64,000 nucleotides of DNA from assembly GCA_018661775.1 (NCBI GenBank), contig JABJHO010000014.1, positions 42,305-106,304 on the forward strand, in the 5' to 3' direction. The notes beneath the pieces were generated by a model that saw only the letters and a list, made by a program, of their open reading frames with translations, had not been told where the DNA came from and did no database searches. This stretch comes from Candidatus Magasanikiibacteriota bacterium. Lineage in GTDB: Bacteria; Patescibacteriota; Patescibacteriia; Magasanikbacterales; UBA922. Made by a program: the position numbers and the translations under genes. Each line of letters begins with the position of its first letter. The stretch's first letter is position 1. This document shows positions 41,459 through 50,667 of the stretch, piece by piece.

Positions 41459-41722
41459 TTATTCGCCAGCGGCGGCGACTCCAAAGAGTGTCACTGAGGC
41501 CATTGCTCCTGCGAATAGTATGGGTAGTAGTGTGATAGTTGGTGCACCTGCCGCCCCAGCTAGTGTTACCAAGACGGTCGCTATGCCTGTGGCGCCGCCT
41601 GTAGTGGTTGCCAGCGAAAGTGCTTTTTGGCGCCTATGGTGAAGCGGCCCAAAGGCTGTGCGTAGAAGAGATCCAAGGAGAATGGGAGCAAATAAAGCGC
41701 CCAAGATAATAAGGAATTGCAT
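41459..41722 (-). CDS. small Gly/Ala-rich membrane protein (87 aa)
   Basis: 3 predicted TM. GC-rich (~50%). Paired with upstream paralogous-looking small membrane protein. Confidence 0.35.
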   Translation of the reverse strand: MQFLIILGALFAPILLGSLLRTAFGPLHHRRQKALSLATTTGGATGIATVLVTLAGAAGAPTITLLPILFAGAMASVTLFGVAAAGE

Positions 41723-41725
41723 GTG

Positions 41726-42010
41726 TCACACCCTCTTCCTTTCTAGAAACTTCAGTGTTAAGGCTCCGCCGGCAAACATGCCTAGTCCGGCAGCAAACAG
41801 ATAGGGTATTTCTGGGCCTTGGTACTCTGGGAGTGCCCCAGCTGCCTCTAATGCTCCGCAAAAGATGAGCATGGCACCACCAAGAGTTATCCATGCGCTC
41901 ATAAGAGCACCAAGAATCTTGGAAGTTCCAGTTATGGTAGCTGCTACCATCATTGAAAAAAGTGCTGACACCAAAAAGATGCCAACTAAACTGAATATCG
42001 TTGTTACCAT
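41726..42010 (-). CDS. small Gly/Ala-rich membrane protein (94 aa)
   Basis: 3 predicted TM. 3-nt spacing to downstream gene. GC-rich. Confidence 0.35.
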   Translation of the reverse strand: MVTTIFSLVGIFLVSALFSMMVAATITGTSKILGALMSAWITLGGAMLIFCGALEAAGALPEYQGPEIPYLFAAGLGMFAGGALTLKFLERKRV

Positions 42011-42152
42011 GTTTTACCTCCATGGGTTTTTAAGGTGTACTCAAAACATATCATAAAATAAGTATTTTGTCAAGTAAGTATGTGTATATTTTATCTTTAA
42101 ATTACGTATATGTAAATGCATACGAATCATATTTTCTATACATAATCCTTGC

Positions 42153-43007
42153 ATGTTTTGTCTATTTTTGCTAAAGTATTCTGTTATGAAACAAAAAAAT
42201 TTCTCAAAAGCACCGATACAACGCTCTCTCCTACGACGTATTCTTGGGCGAGTGTATTTTTGGTGTCGTCGTATATGGTATTGGCACATGAGTGGTCGTG
42301 CATTTGCAACCTCTCGTTCTACAAAGCTTCTTCCGCATAGAGTATTTTCACATAAGACTGTATTGTTGCGAAAATTAAAGGATGTGGATATGTGGATGCA
42401 ACATAATAAGGTTGTTAATCTTAATATTGCTACACAAAAAATAGACGGTCTTGTAATTCGCCCCGGAGAAACCTTTTCGTTTTGGCGGCAGGTTGGTAAC
42501 ACAACCACAAGAAAAGGGTATGTGTCTGGTATGGAACTGTTTAATGGTACTGTACGAAGTGGTGTTGGTGGTGGTTTGTGTCAGTTAAGTAATTTAGTAT
42601 ACTGGATGACCCTTCATACGCCACTTGATGTGGTGGAGCGGTGGCGACACGGGTATGACGTGTTTCCTGATGTGCACCGTACCCAACCTTTTGGGAGTGG
42701 TGCAACCTGCTCGTATCCGAATATTGATTTACAAATACAAAATAACACACCCCATACATTTCAATTATCTACTTGTCTTTCTGACACTCATCTTGTTGGA
42801 AGCTGGCACTGTTCTCGTCACATAAAAGAGCAGTATGAGATTTATGAAAAAGAACATAGTATTGCTCACGAGGTTTGGGGAGGGTATACACGGAGTAATA
42901 CACTGTATCGTAAGGTGGTTGACGTCGACACAAAGCAATTACTCAATGATTATTTTGTCGTAGAAAATAACGCAATTATGATGTATACGCCGTTTCTCAA
43001 AGAGTAA
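42153..43007 (+). CDS. VanW-family protein
   Basis: VIRPGETFSFW...G...GY....G..GGGLCQ(L/V)S..LY VanW signature. Probable start at ATG 42186. Confidence 0.7.
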   Translation: MFCLFLLKYSVMKQKNFSKAPIQRSLLRRILGRVYFWCRRIWYWHMSGRAFATSRSTKLLPHRVFSHKTVLLRKLKDVDMWMQHNKVVNLNIATQKIDGLVIRPGETFSFWRQVGNTTTRKGYVSGMELFNGTVRSGVGGGLCQLSNLVYWMTLHTPLDVVERWRHGYDVFPDVHRTQPFGSGATCSYPNIDLQIQNNTPHTFQLSTCLSDTHLVGSWHCSRHIKEQYEIYEKEHSIAHEVWGGYTRSNTLYRKVVDVDTKQLLNDYFVVENNAIMMYTPFLKE

Positions 43008-43063
43008 CAAAAAACACCTTTCTAGGCTTTTGGAAAGGTGTTGTGTAAAAAAAGAGCACGAAA

Positions 43064-43636
43064 TTATACTTGCCGCACTTGGTGCGTTAAGCTGAATATA
43101 GCAAATAATAGACTTATTCCCAAAATACTGTTTGCAGTTACCACGCTTACTTCCAGGCTTATGCCACAAAAACTCTTTAGCAGAGGAATGAGCATGAGCA
43201 CACTTATGCCGATTTTTTCGATATTCGTTTTTAGTTTTCCAGATATTGACGCCATTATATTAGGTGTTTCACCCATTTTTTTTCCGTATACTATTTTATA
43301 TACACGAAGCATGGTGAGTGCCAGGCCAATTGATATAATAGGTACACTGATTATCGCGTAGACTTCTGACCAAAAATATAGTAAAAAACTGATGGTAAAT
43401 ACTTTGTCTGCAAGAGGGTCGAGGAATGCTCCGGTGTGCGAACTTTGCCCAAACACTCTTGCAGCCTTGCCGTCAAAATAATCCATTGACCATGCAAAAC
43501 CAAAAAGTATGGAGGAGTGTAGATGCATTTCTTTTTCTTGAAAATGCAAAATGAATGGAATGCATAGCATGCCAAAAAGGGTAAGGGTATTAGGGAGCCA
43601 GCCTTTTATGGCGTCCTTGTATATAAAAGTAAACAA
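43064..43636 (-). CDS. pgsA: CDP-alcohol phosphatidyltransferase (PgsA-like)
   Basis: DGKAAR...G...D(P/A)LADK signature, 190 aa. Confidence 0.8.
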   Translation of the reverse strand: MFTFIYKDAIKGWLPNTLTLFGMLCIPFILHFQEKEMHLHSSILFGFAWSMDYFDGKAARVFGQSSHTGAFLDPLADKVFTISFLLYFWSEVYAIISVPIISIGLALTMLRVYKIVYGKKMGETPNIMASISGKLKTNIEKIGISVLMLIPLLKSFCGISLEVSVVTANSILGISLLFAIFSLTHQVRQV

Positions 43637-43721
43637 TACAAATCCTTTCTGGTAAAAGTTGTACGTTATTTAGACGAACTTTTTATTTTAAGACTATTAC
43701 AGTATAATAAAACCACACTGT

Positions 43722-43749
43722 TTGTCAATATTAAAAAATTTTGTATAAT
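43722..43749 (+). promoter_or_regulatory. sigma70-like promoter upstream of pentose-phosphate gene block
   Basis: TTGTCA - 16 bp - TATAAT. Confidence 0.4.
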
Positions 43750-43776
43750 GTGGGTATATTTACTGGTTCATCTTTT

Positions 43777-44202
43777 ATGAATAAAGCCTCAGACACTTTT
43801 TCTATTGGTGGTAGTAAGGTTTTGAAGAAAAGTTCAGAAGACTTAGTTACAGTTATTGGTGCGGGGGTTACTTTGTACGAAGCGCTTAAAGCTTATGATG
43901 CGCTACAAGAGAATAAAATTAATATTAGAGTAATTGATTTATATAGTATTAAACCTCTTGATCAAAGCACTTTAAATAAAGCGGCCAAAGAAACTAAGGC
44001 TGTAATTGTGGCTGAAGATCATTTTGAGGCTGGTGGAATAGGGGAGGCGGTAAAGTCAGCTTTATCTACTTCATCTACTCCTATTTATTCACTCGCCGTT
44101 AAGAAAATGACTAAGAGTGGTAGTCCAGAGCAATTATTAAAATATGAAAATATTGATAGCACAGCTATTGTTAGAAAAGTTAAGCAAATATTAAAAAAAT
44201 AA
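43777..44202 (+). pseudogene. transketolase C-terminal-domain-only fragment (141 aa)
   Basis: Matches only the TK_C domain (VIGAGVTLYEALKA...IRVIDLYSIKPLD...VIVAEDH...GGIGEAV). No TPP or Pyr domains upstream on either strand. Confidence 0.5.
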
Positions 44203-44206
44203 ACTT

Positions 44207-44881
44207 ATGAAAATTTTTATTGATTCTGGATCAATTGACGAAATTAAAAAAGCAGCTGCCTCTGGAGTGATTGATGGCGTGACAACTAATCCTAGTTTAA
44301 TCGCCAAGGAGGGTAAAGATTTTAAAACTGTTATTAAAACTATTGGTGAGTTGTTCGATACCGAGCATAGTGCTCATTGTGAATGTCCGGTTAGTGCTGA
44401 AGTGGTTAGTATTGCTGCCAAAGAAATGATCGTTGAAGCCAAAAAGATTGCCAAGATTCATAAAAAGGTTGTGGTTAAGATTCCGTTAATCCCGGAAGGA
44501 ATCAAGGCAGTAAAAGAATTGTCTGGTTTAGGGATTAAAACTAACGTTACTTTGTGTTTTACGGCCGCCCAGGCATTGCTTGCGGCTAAGGCTGGTGCGA
44601 CCTATGTCAGTCCTTTTATTGGACGGTTAAATGATATTGATCAACGTGGTTTAGATTTAATTAGAGAGATAAAACAAATTTTTACTAATTATGATATCAA
44701 AACGCAAATTTTAGCAGCTAGTATTAGATCACCTCGGCAAGTTGTTGAAATAGCACTGATTGGAGCAGACGTTGTTACAATACCTTATAAAGTTTTTGAA
44801 AAATTATTTAACCATCCGCTTACAGACAAGGGACTAAAACAGTTTTTGGCAGATTGGGATCAATATAAAAAAACACAATAA
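44207..44881 (+). CDS. tal: transaldolase (short Fsa/TalC-like subfamily)
   Basis: [15 protein letters not shown]...GVTTNPSLI, Schiff-base Lys region (KIP), 224 aa. Confidence 0.85.
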   Translation: MKIFIDSGSIDEIKKAAASGVIDGVTTNPSLIAKEGKDFKTVIKTIGELFDTEHSAHCECPVSAEVVSIAAKEMIVEAKKIAKIHKKVVVKIPLIPEGIKAVKELSGLGIKTNVTLCFTAAQALLAAKAGATYVSPFIGRLNDIDQRGLDLIREIKQIFTNYDIKTQILAASIRSPRQVVEIALIGADVVTIPYKVFEKLFNHPLTDKGLKQFLADWDQYKKTQ

Positions 44882-44884
44882 ATT

Positions 44885-47254
44885 ATGAATACATTAAAAA
44901 AAGCTAACATCCCAACAGTTATTGTCGTCTTTGGTGCGACAGGAGATTTGATGGAGAAAAAAATTGCTCCATCTCTTTTGCATTTGTACAAAAATGGTAA
45001 GTTGCCAACTCAGTTTAAGATTGTCGGCGTTGCCAGGAAAAGTAATAGCGATGGTCAGTTTCAGAAATTAGTTGGGGATCATTTAAAAAAACATTCTAAG
45101 CAACATCCATCAAAAGAAAAGTTTAAAAAGTTTTTGGATTATTTTACTTATCAATCAGGCCAGTTTCAAGAACCCAAGACTTATAGCGAGCTTAGTAAAA
45201 AACTTAAGCAGATAGATGATGAGTGGGGAGTATGTACTAATAAGCTTTTTTATCTAGCAGTCCCGCCAAAGTTTTATCAAACTATATTTAATAATTTATC
45301 AGCTTCTGGACTGACTAAGCCTTGTAGTGAGGAAGAGGGTTGGACTAGAGTATTAGTTGAAAAGCCATTTGGCAGTGATTTAAAAACAGCCAAAGAATTA
45401 GAAGAGGTGTTGGGTAAGCTCTTTAGAGAGGAACAGATTTTTAGAATTGATCATTACTTGGCTAAAGAAATGCTGCAAAATATTTTGGCTGTTAGGTTTT
45501 CTAATAATTTATTTGAACAAACTTTTAATAATCGGTTTATTGATAGCATTGAATTATACTTACATGAAAAGAAAGGGGCCGAAGGTCGCGGTAGTTTTTA
45601 TGATAGCGTTGGAACCCTAAAAGATGTTGGCCAAAATCATTTGTTGCAGATGTTGGCTCTTGTCACTATGGATATGCCACAAAGTTATAATGCTAAACAT
45701 ATTCGTGACAAGAGGTATGAATTAATGAAACATTTAATTCCATTGAAAAAATCCGAGATGAGCACCAATACTTTTAGAGCTCAATACGAAGGATATACTC
45801 AGGTAGAGGGCGTTAATGCAAAATCAAAAACAGAAACATTTTTTAAACTGCAGTGCTTCTTAAATCATCCAAGGTGGCGAGATGTACCTATTACTATTGA
45901 AAGTGGTAAGGGTATGGCTGCACCTAAAAAAGGTATTGCTTTGAATTTAAAACACACTATGCCATGTTTGTGCCCTAAAGGCTCAGAGCATTATCGTAAT
46001 AAGATAATTCTTACTATGGAACCAGAAGAGGGTATTACAATTGAATTCTGGGCCAAGAAACCGGGATTTCAGTGGCAGATAGAAAAGAAAGAGTTGAAGT
46101 CTTTTTATCGTAAGAATGCCAAGCAGGCTCAGTATACAGAAGAGTATGAAAAACTTTTATTCGATTGTATTGTCGGGGATCAAACTTTATTTGTTAGCAC
46201 TAAAGAGGTCCTTGCAATGTGGAAGTTTATTGATCCAATTGTTAAAGCCTGGGAAAGTAAAATAGTGTCACTAGAAAAATATAAAAAAGGATCGAAGACT
46301 ATTTCTACTTCTGTAAAGTTTAGTTCAACTAAAGTTAAAGATGCAGGACAAATGCCTTTAGAAATTGGAATTGTTGGTCTTGGTAAAATGGGTGGTGGTC
46401 TTGCTAGGCAGTTATTAGAAAAAGGCTGGAAGATTCATGGTTATAACAGGAGCCCAGAGGAGACACGTAAATTAAAAAAAGATGGATTAATTCCAGAATT
46501 TAGCTTAGAGGATATGGTAAAGAATCTACCATCACCAAAGATTGTTTGGCTAATGGTTCCTTCTGGTAAGCCAGTTGATGAAAATATTAATAAGCTAGCA
46601 AAGCTTTTGGGTAAAGGGGATTATATTATTGATGGGGGTAATTCTTTTTTCCAAAATACTGTCAAACGATCTCGTAAAGTTACGGCTAAGAAAATTAATT
46701 TTATGGATTGTGGTGTGTCTGGAGGTCCCGAGGGAGCGCGCCACGGGGCTTGTTTGATGATTGGTGGTAAAAAAGTTGATTATGATTTCTTAAAGCCTTT
46801 GTATTCTGATTTGGCTATTCATCAAGGCGAAGAATTTTTCCCTGGTTATGGAGCTGGCCATTTTGTAAAGATGGTTCATAATGGTATTGAATATGGCATG
46901 ATGCAGTCTATTGCTGAAGGATTTGCGATTATGAGAAAATCAAAATATAAATTACACTTGCGTAAAATTGCAGAGGTTTATAACCATGGTAGTGTAATTG
47001 AATCTAGTTTGATCAATTGGATGGGAAATGCTTTTGCCTTATTTGGCGATGATTTAAAAGGTGTGTCTGGTAGAGCCTCACATAGTGGCGAAGGGCTTTG
47101 GACAACACAGGTAGCGCATTCTTTGGGAATATCCGATAAGGTTATTCACGAGTCACTAAAAGCTAGAGAGAGAAGCCAGAAAAAACCAAGTTACCAAGGT
47201 AAGATTATTCAGGCTTTAAGAAATCAGTTTGGCGGACATAATTTAAAAAAATAA
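44885..47254 (+). CDS. fused glucose-6-phosphate dehydrogenase (Zwf, N-terminal) and 6-phosphogluconate dehydrogenase-like (Gnd/YqeC-type, C-terminal)
   Basis: N-terminal GATGDL..KK dinucleotide motif, RIDHYLAKE active site. C-terminal IGIVGLGKMGGGLA Rossmann, DGGNS, GVSGGPEGA, GAGHFVKMVHNGIEYGMMQ 6PGDH motifs. Single 789-aa ORF. Confidence 0.8.
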   Translation: MNTLKKANIPTVIVVFGATGDLMEKKIAPSLLHLYKNGKLPTQFKIVGVARKSNSDGQFQKLVGDHLKKHSKQHPSKEKFKKFLDYFTYQSGQFQEPKTYSELSKKLKQIDDEWGVCTNKLFYLAVPPKFYQTIFNNLSASGLTKPCSEEEGWTRVLVEKPFGSDLKTAKELEEVLGKLFREEQIFRIDHYLAKEMLQNILAVRFSNNLFEQTFNNRFIDSIELYLHEKKGAEGRGSFYDSVGTLKDVGQNHLLQMLALVTMDMPQSYNAKHIRDKRYELMKHLIPLKKSEMSTNTFRAQYEGYTQVEGVNAKSKTETFFKLQCFLNHPRWRDVPITIESGKGMAAPKKGIALNLKHTMPCLCPKGSEHYRNKIILTMEPEEGITIEFWAKKPGFQWQIEKKELKSFYRKNAKQAQYTEEYEKLLFDCIVGDQTLFVSTKEVLAMWKFIDPIVKAWESKIVSLEKYKKGSKTISTSVKFSSTKVKDAGQMPLEIGIVGLGKMGGGLARQLLEKGWKIHGYNRSPEETRKLKKDGLIPEFSLEDMVKNLPSPKIVWLMVPSGKPVDENINKLAKLLGKGDYIIDGGNSFFQNTVKRSRKVTAKKINFMDCGVSGGPEGARHGACLMIGGKKVDYDFLKPLYSDLAIHQGEEFFPGYGAGHFVKMVHNGIEYGMMQSIAEGFAIMRKSKYKLHLRKIAEVYNHGSVIESSLINWMGNAFALFGDDLKGVSGRASHSGEGLWTTQVAHSLGISDKVIHESLKARERSQKKPSYQGKIIQALRNQFGGHNLKK

Positions 47255-47256
47255 CT

Positions 47257-48096
47257 ATGTATTTTTCAACAGCTGATGAAATGGAAAAACTTGATGAGCT
47301 TGCCGTAGAACATGGTCTTGAGATTAGACAGATGATGGAACTGGCTGGTTGGCATATGGTAGAAGTTTTTAATAAACTTAGTATTGGTTTATCCGACCAA
47401 ATTGTTATTGTTGTTGGTAAGGGTAATAAAGGTGGCGATGGGTTAAGCGCTGCTAGGCATTTAGTTAACCATGGCTATAAAAACATATCGATCATTTTAG
47501 TTTCTAAAGATATTAAGCCAGACTCACAGCATCACTTAGACTTGTTAGTCAAGATGGATATGCCAATTATGGTTTATTCAGAAAATCAAGACTTGGCAAA
47601 AGAAAAAATAGATTCAGCCGATATTATTATGGATTCATTGATTGGCTATCATTTACAAGGAGAACCTCGTGGAGACTTTGCTGAGTTAATTGAAATAATA
47701 AATAATGCATCAGGAAAAGTAATCTCTTATGATCTGCCCTCTGGGGTAGATGCAACCACAGGGGAGTGTCAGAAGGTTTGTATTAAGGCAGATGCAACTT
47801 TAACTTTAGCTATGCCAAAGAAAATTTTTAATACAAATTCGGGCAAGGAATCCTCTGGACAAGTGTTTGCTCTAGACATTGGTGTTCCAGAATTTTTATA
47901 CAACAAAATAGCATCAGGATCTAGGCCAGAATCAAACCATAGTGTGCGAAAAAATAGCGCCAATGCATCCGCTTCATTTAGGTTAATGTCTGTGTATTTT
48001 TCCACAGTCTCTAGTTGTGTGTCTTGGAACCAGTTTCCGCACATTGTTTCTTTCAGGTCTGACTTCATCCATGCAAATTTTTTATCTTTCACATAA
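47257..48096 (+). CDS. NAD(P)H-hydrate epimerase (YjeF N-terminal domain); domain ends ~47910, ORF reads through into a divergent tail
   Basis: VVGKGNKGGDGL and ...DIGVPEF YjeF_N motifs. Last ~60 codons non-conserved and antisense to a minus-strand ORF. Confidence 0.6.
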   Translation: MYFSTADEMEKLDELAVEHGLEIRQMMELAGWHMVEVFNKLSIGLSDQIVIVVGKGNKGGDGLSAARHLVNHGYKNISIILVSKDIKPDSQHHLDLLVKMDMPIMVYSENQDLAKEKIDSADIIMDSLIGYHLQGEPRGDFAELIEIINNASGKVISYDLPSGVDATTGECQKVCIKADATLTLAMPKKIFNTNSGKESSGQVFALDIGVPEFLYNKIASGSRPESNHSVRKNSANASASFRLMSVYFSTVSSCVSWNQFPHIVSFRSDFIHANFLSFT

Positions 48097-48435
48097 TAGA
48101 TGCCAATTGGCACACAGGCTACCAATGCAACAGAATCATCAATGAGTGTTGGGCAGACAAAATCAATTAATACGTCTTCTTTATCAAGCAGTGCAATAGG
48201 ATTTGGGGCGGGTGTGTCTTGTAGTGCTATGACCTCGTTTTCCCAAAACAGGGGCGTAAACGTGTCCCAAGTAGCATTTAGTATGTCTTTACTCTGCTTG
48301 TCTAAAGTGTTTTTTTTGGTATATCATCTAAAAGAAACAGAAGATCTGTAGGGTCATAAAAATTAAGATCCCCAAACTCTTCTTCAAATTTTTTTGTGAG
48401 TATAGATAATGCTTCTTCCCGGTTTATTTTTGCCA
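47769..48435 (-). pseudogene. fragmented minus-strand gene (44-aa N-terminal piece from ATG 48435, stop, then 118-aa ORF 47769..48125)
   Basis: Two same-direction ORF pieces separated by an in-frame stop or frame change. Overlaps the 3' end of the YjeF_N ORF. Unknown product. Confidence 0.3.
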
Positions 48436-48667
48436 TATTTTTGTACGCTATGTTTTAGTAAGTGAATATGAGTAATATATTGCTTGTAGGCAGTATATCA
48501 TAAAAATAGTATTTTTGTGTACATGGGTTGGATATAATACCTCAAGACATGGGTAAATATGTAATCAACAAAAAAGGGTATTATGTAAAAATACAAAGAA
48601 TTGCATGTTTTGGTTGAATTGTTTCTCGAATTACCCTATACTTGTGGTATATATCATATATTTCTTT

Positions 48668-49636
48668 ATGCCTATATATATTATTATCATCTCTCTTATC
48701 CTTCTTTCGGGTCTTTTTTCTGGCCTTACTTTAGGCTTACTTGGATTGGACGTGGCAGAACTAAAACGAAAAATGTCTTTAGGAAACAAGGACGCGGAAA
48801 AAGTGTATCATATCAGAAAGAGGGGAAATTTATTGCTTTGCACGTTATTGCTCGGCAATGTGTGGGTAAATTCCACATTAGCTATTTTTTTGGGATCTAT
48901 GGCTAGTGGTGCCATGGCTGGTATTATAGCCACTGGCCTTATTGTCATTTTTGGTGAAATTATTCCACAAGCTGCGTTTTCTCGGTATGCATTGCAGGTT
49001 GGTGCAAAAACAGCTGGTTTGGTGCGTTTTTTTATCATCATACTTTTTCCTGTGTGTTGGCCAATAGCATGGGTTCTCGACAAAGTGTTGGGTAGGGAAA
49101 TGCCTCAGGTGTATTCAAAAAAAGAATTAATAAAAATTATTGAAGAGCATGAAGATGCCCAAGAAAGTGGTATTGATGCCGACGAAGAACGTATCGTTAC
49201 TGGCGCATTGACGTATTCAGAAAAAATAGTTGAAGATGTCATGACTCCAAGAAAAGGTGTGTATGCACTTGATAGTGCAACTTCTATCACAGAAGAGATA
49301 ATTGAAGAGATTAAGATAAAAGGGTTTACACGTATTCCGGTGTACACGGGTTCTGTAGATCAGACACTTGGTGTGTTGTATGTAAAAGATTTGTTGAATA
49401 TTCCTCTTGGTACGGCAATACAAGATGTGTTTAAAAAAGAGCGCATGTTGCAGGTGAGTAGAGAAATGAAACTCGACACTTTGCTTGCACAGTTTATTCA
49501 GACACAAATTCATTTGGCAGTAGTAAAGGATATCAGAAACCGACTCGAAGGGGTTATTTCTTTGGAAGATATTATAGAAGTGATTTTGAATCAAGATATT
49601 AACGATGAAACAGATGTTTCAGAGGTGATCTCTTAG
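48668..49636 (+). CDS. CNNM/HlyC-CorC family transporter (DUF21 TM domain + CBS pair), lacking C-terminal CorC domain
   Basis: DUF21 4-TM region then CBS pair (VEDVMTPR...IPVY...GV(L/I)YVKDLL). Start at ATG ~48668 (MPIYIII). Confidence 0.7.
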   Translation: MPIYIIIISLILLSGLFSGLTLGLLGLDVAELKRKMSLGNKDAEKVYHIRKRGNLLLCTLLLGNVWVNSTLAIFLGSMASGAMAGIIATGLIVIFGEIIPQAAFSRYALQVGAKTAGLVRFFIIILFPVCWPIAWVLDKVLGREMPQVYSKKELIKIIEEHEDAQESGIDADEERIVTGALTYSEKIVEDVMTPRKGVYALDSATSITEEIIEEIKIKGFTRIPVYTGSVDQTLGVLYVKDLLNIPLGTAIQDVFKKERMLQVSREMKLDTLLAQFIQTQIHLAVVKDIRNRLEGVISLEDIIEVILNQDINDETDVSEVIS

Positions 49637-49673
49637 TGTATTACGCTATTATTTATGTTAACTTAGTACGTGT

Positions 49674-50066
49674 ATGACTTTTGTATATCCGTATGTGCTG
49701 ACCATAATATGCATGGGACTCCTTGATTTTTTATGGTTTTCTTTCTCGTACCCTTTGTTGTATAAAAAGGGGATAGGTCATCTTATGGCCGATAAAGTTG
49801 CCATGTTTCCGGCGGCGTTATTTTATATTGTATTTGCTTTTGGACTGTATGTGTTTGTCCTAAAACCTGGATTTGCACAGCAGTTTTCAGTTACGCGCGT
49901 TTTGCTCCTTGGTATGCTTTTGGGTTTTTTGGCCTATGCAACGTATAATTTTACTAATCAAGCAACACTCAAAGATTGGCCTGTGCTGGTCACGATTGTA
50001 GATAGTGTCTGGGGGGCGGCGGTGTCTGGTGTGACCGCAACTCTTGTATATGTGTTGACACGATAG
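49674..50066 (+). CDS. small 4-TM membrane protein (DUF2177-like)
   Basis: 130 aa hydrophobic ORF. Assignment by overall resemblance only. Confidence 0.4.
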   Translation: MTFVYPYVLTIICMGLLDFLWFSFSYPLLYKKGIGHLMADKVAMFPAALFYIVFAFGLYVFVLKPGFAQQFSVTRVLLLGMLLGFLAYATYNFTNQATLKDWPVLVTIVDSVWGAAVSGVTATLVYVLTR

Positions 50067-50153
50067 GTTTTTGTGATGACATACTGTGTGTGCTAAAAAA
50101 CCTCAAAAAAGGGTCTATTTTAGCTATTTTCTCAACTCAATAGGGTGCTACTA

Positions 50154-50182
50154 TTGACAAGAAGGGGTTTTTAGTGTATAAT
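50154..50182 (+). promoter_or_regulatory. consensus sigma70 promoter with ~110 nt leader before RRM-protein gene
   Basis: TTGACA - 17 bp - TATAAT, exact consensus. Confidence 0.55.
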
Positions 50183-50296
50183 AGTCGTATAATTTTTTGT
50201 TTATCTCATGTGTGTAATAGTGCGAATGTGCACAGTTTCATCTATACTACATGATTAGCAAAAGGTTTGGATATTAATCATAAGTATAGATAAATT

Positions 50297-50557
50297 ATGT
50301 CAAAAAAATTATTTGTCGGAAACATCTCTTGGGGAGTTTCAGACGAACAACTTCAAGAATCATTTGCTGCATTTGGTGCAGTAGAAGAAGCAGTTATCAT
50401 CAAAGATAAGTTTTCTGGTCGATCAAAAGGATTTGGTTTTGTAACATATACCAATGACGAAGAAGCAGATAAAGCTATCGCAGAAATGGAAGGAAAAGAA
50501 TTGGACGGAAGAGAATTGGTAGTAAACGAAGCTCGACCACCAAGACCAAGAGAATAA
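50297..50557 (+). CDS. RRM-domain RNA-binding protein
   Basis: RNP-2 LFVGNI and RNP-1 KGFGFVTY motifs, 86 aa. Confidence 0.8.
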   Translation: MSKKLFVGNISWGVSDEQLQESFAAFGAVEEAVIIKDKFSGRSKGFGFVTYTNDEEADKAIAEMEGKELDGRELVVNEARPPRPRE

Positions 50558-50571
50558 GAATCATAAAATAA

Positions 50572-50606
50572 AAAAATAGGATGTGTGCAGTCCTATTTTT
50601 TTTTAT
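50572..50606 (+). terminator. rho-independent terminator after RRM gene
   Basis: Stem TAGGA/TCCTA with 9-nt loop, then T10. Confidence 0.5.
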
Positions 50607-50667
50607 ACACTTTTTTGTTATTATAGAAGGGGTGTGTTTGTGTTAATATAAATTATATACGTATATT

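Noticed and set aside
48100-48351. 83-aa plus-strand ORF
   Set aside because: Antisense to the fragmented minus-strand gene. Ser/Thr-rich.
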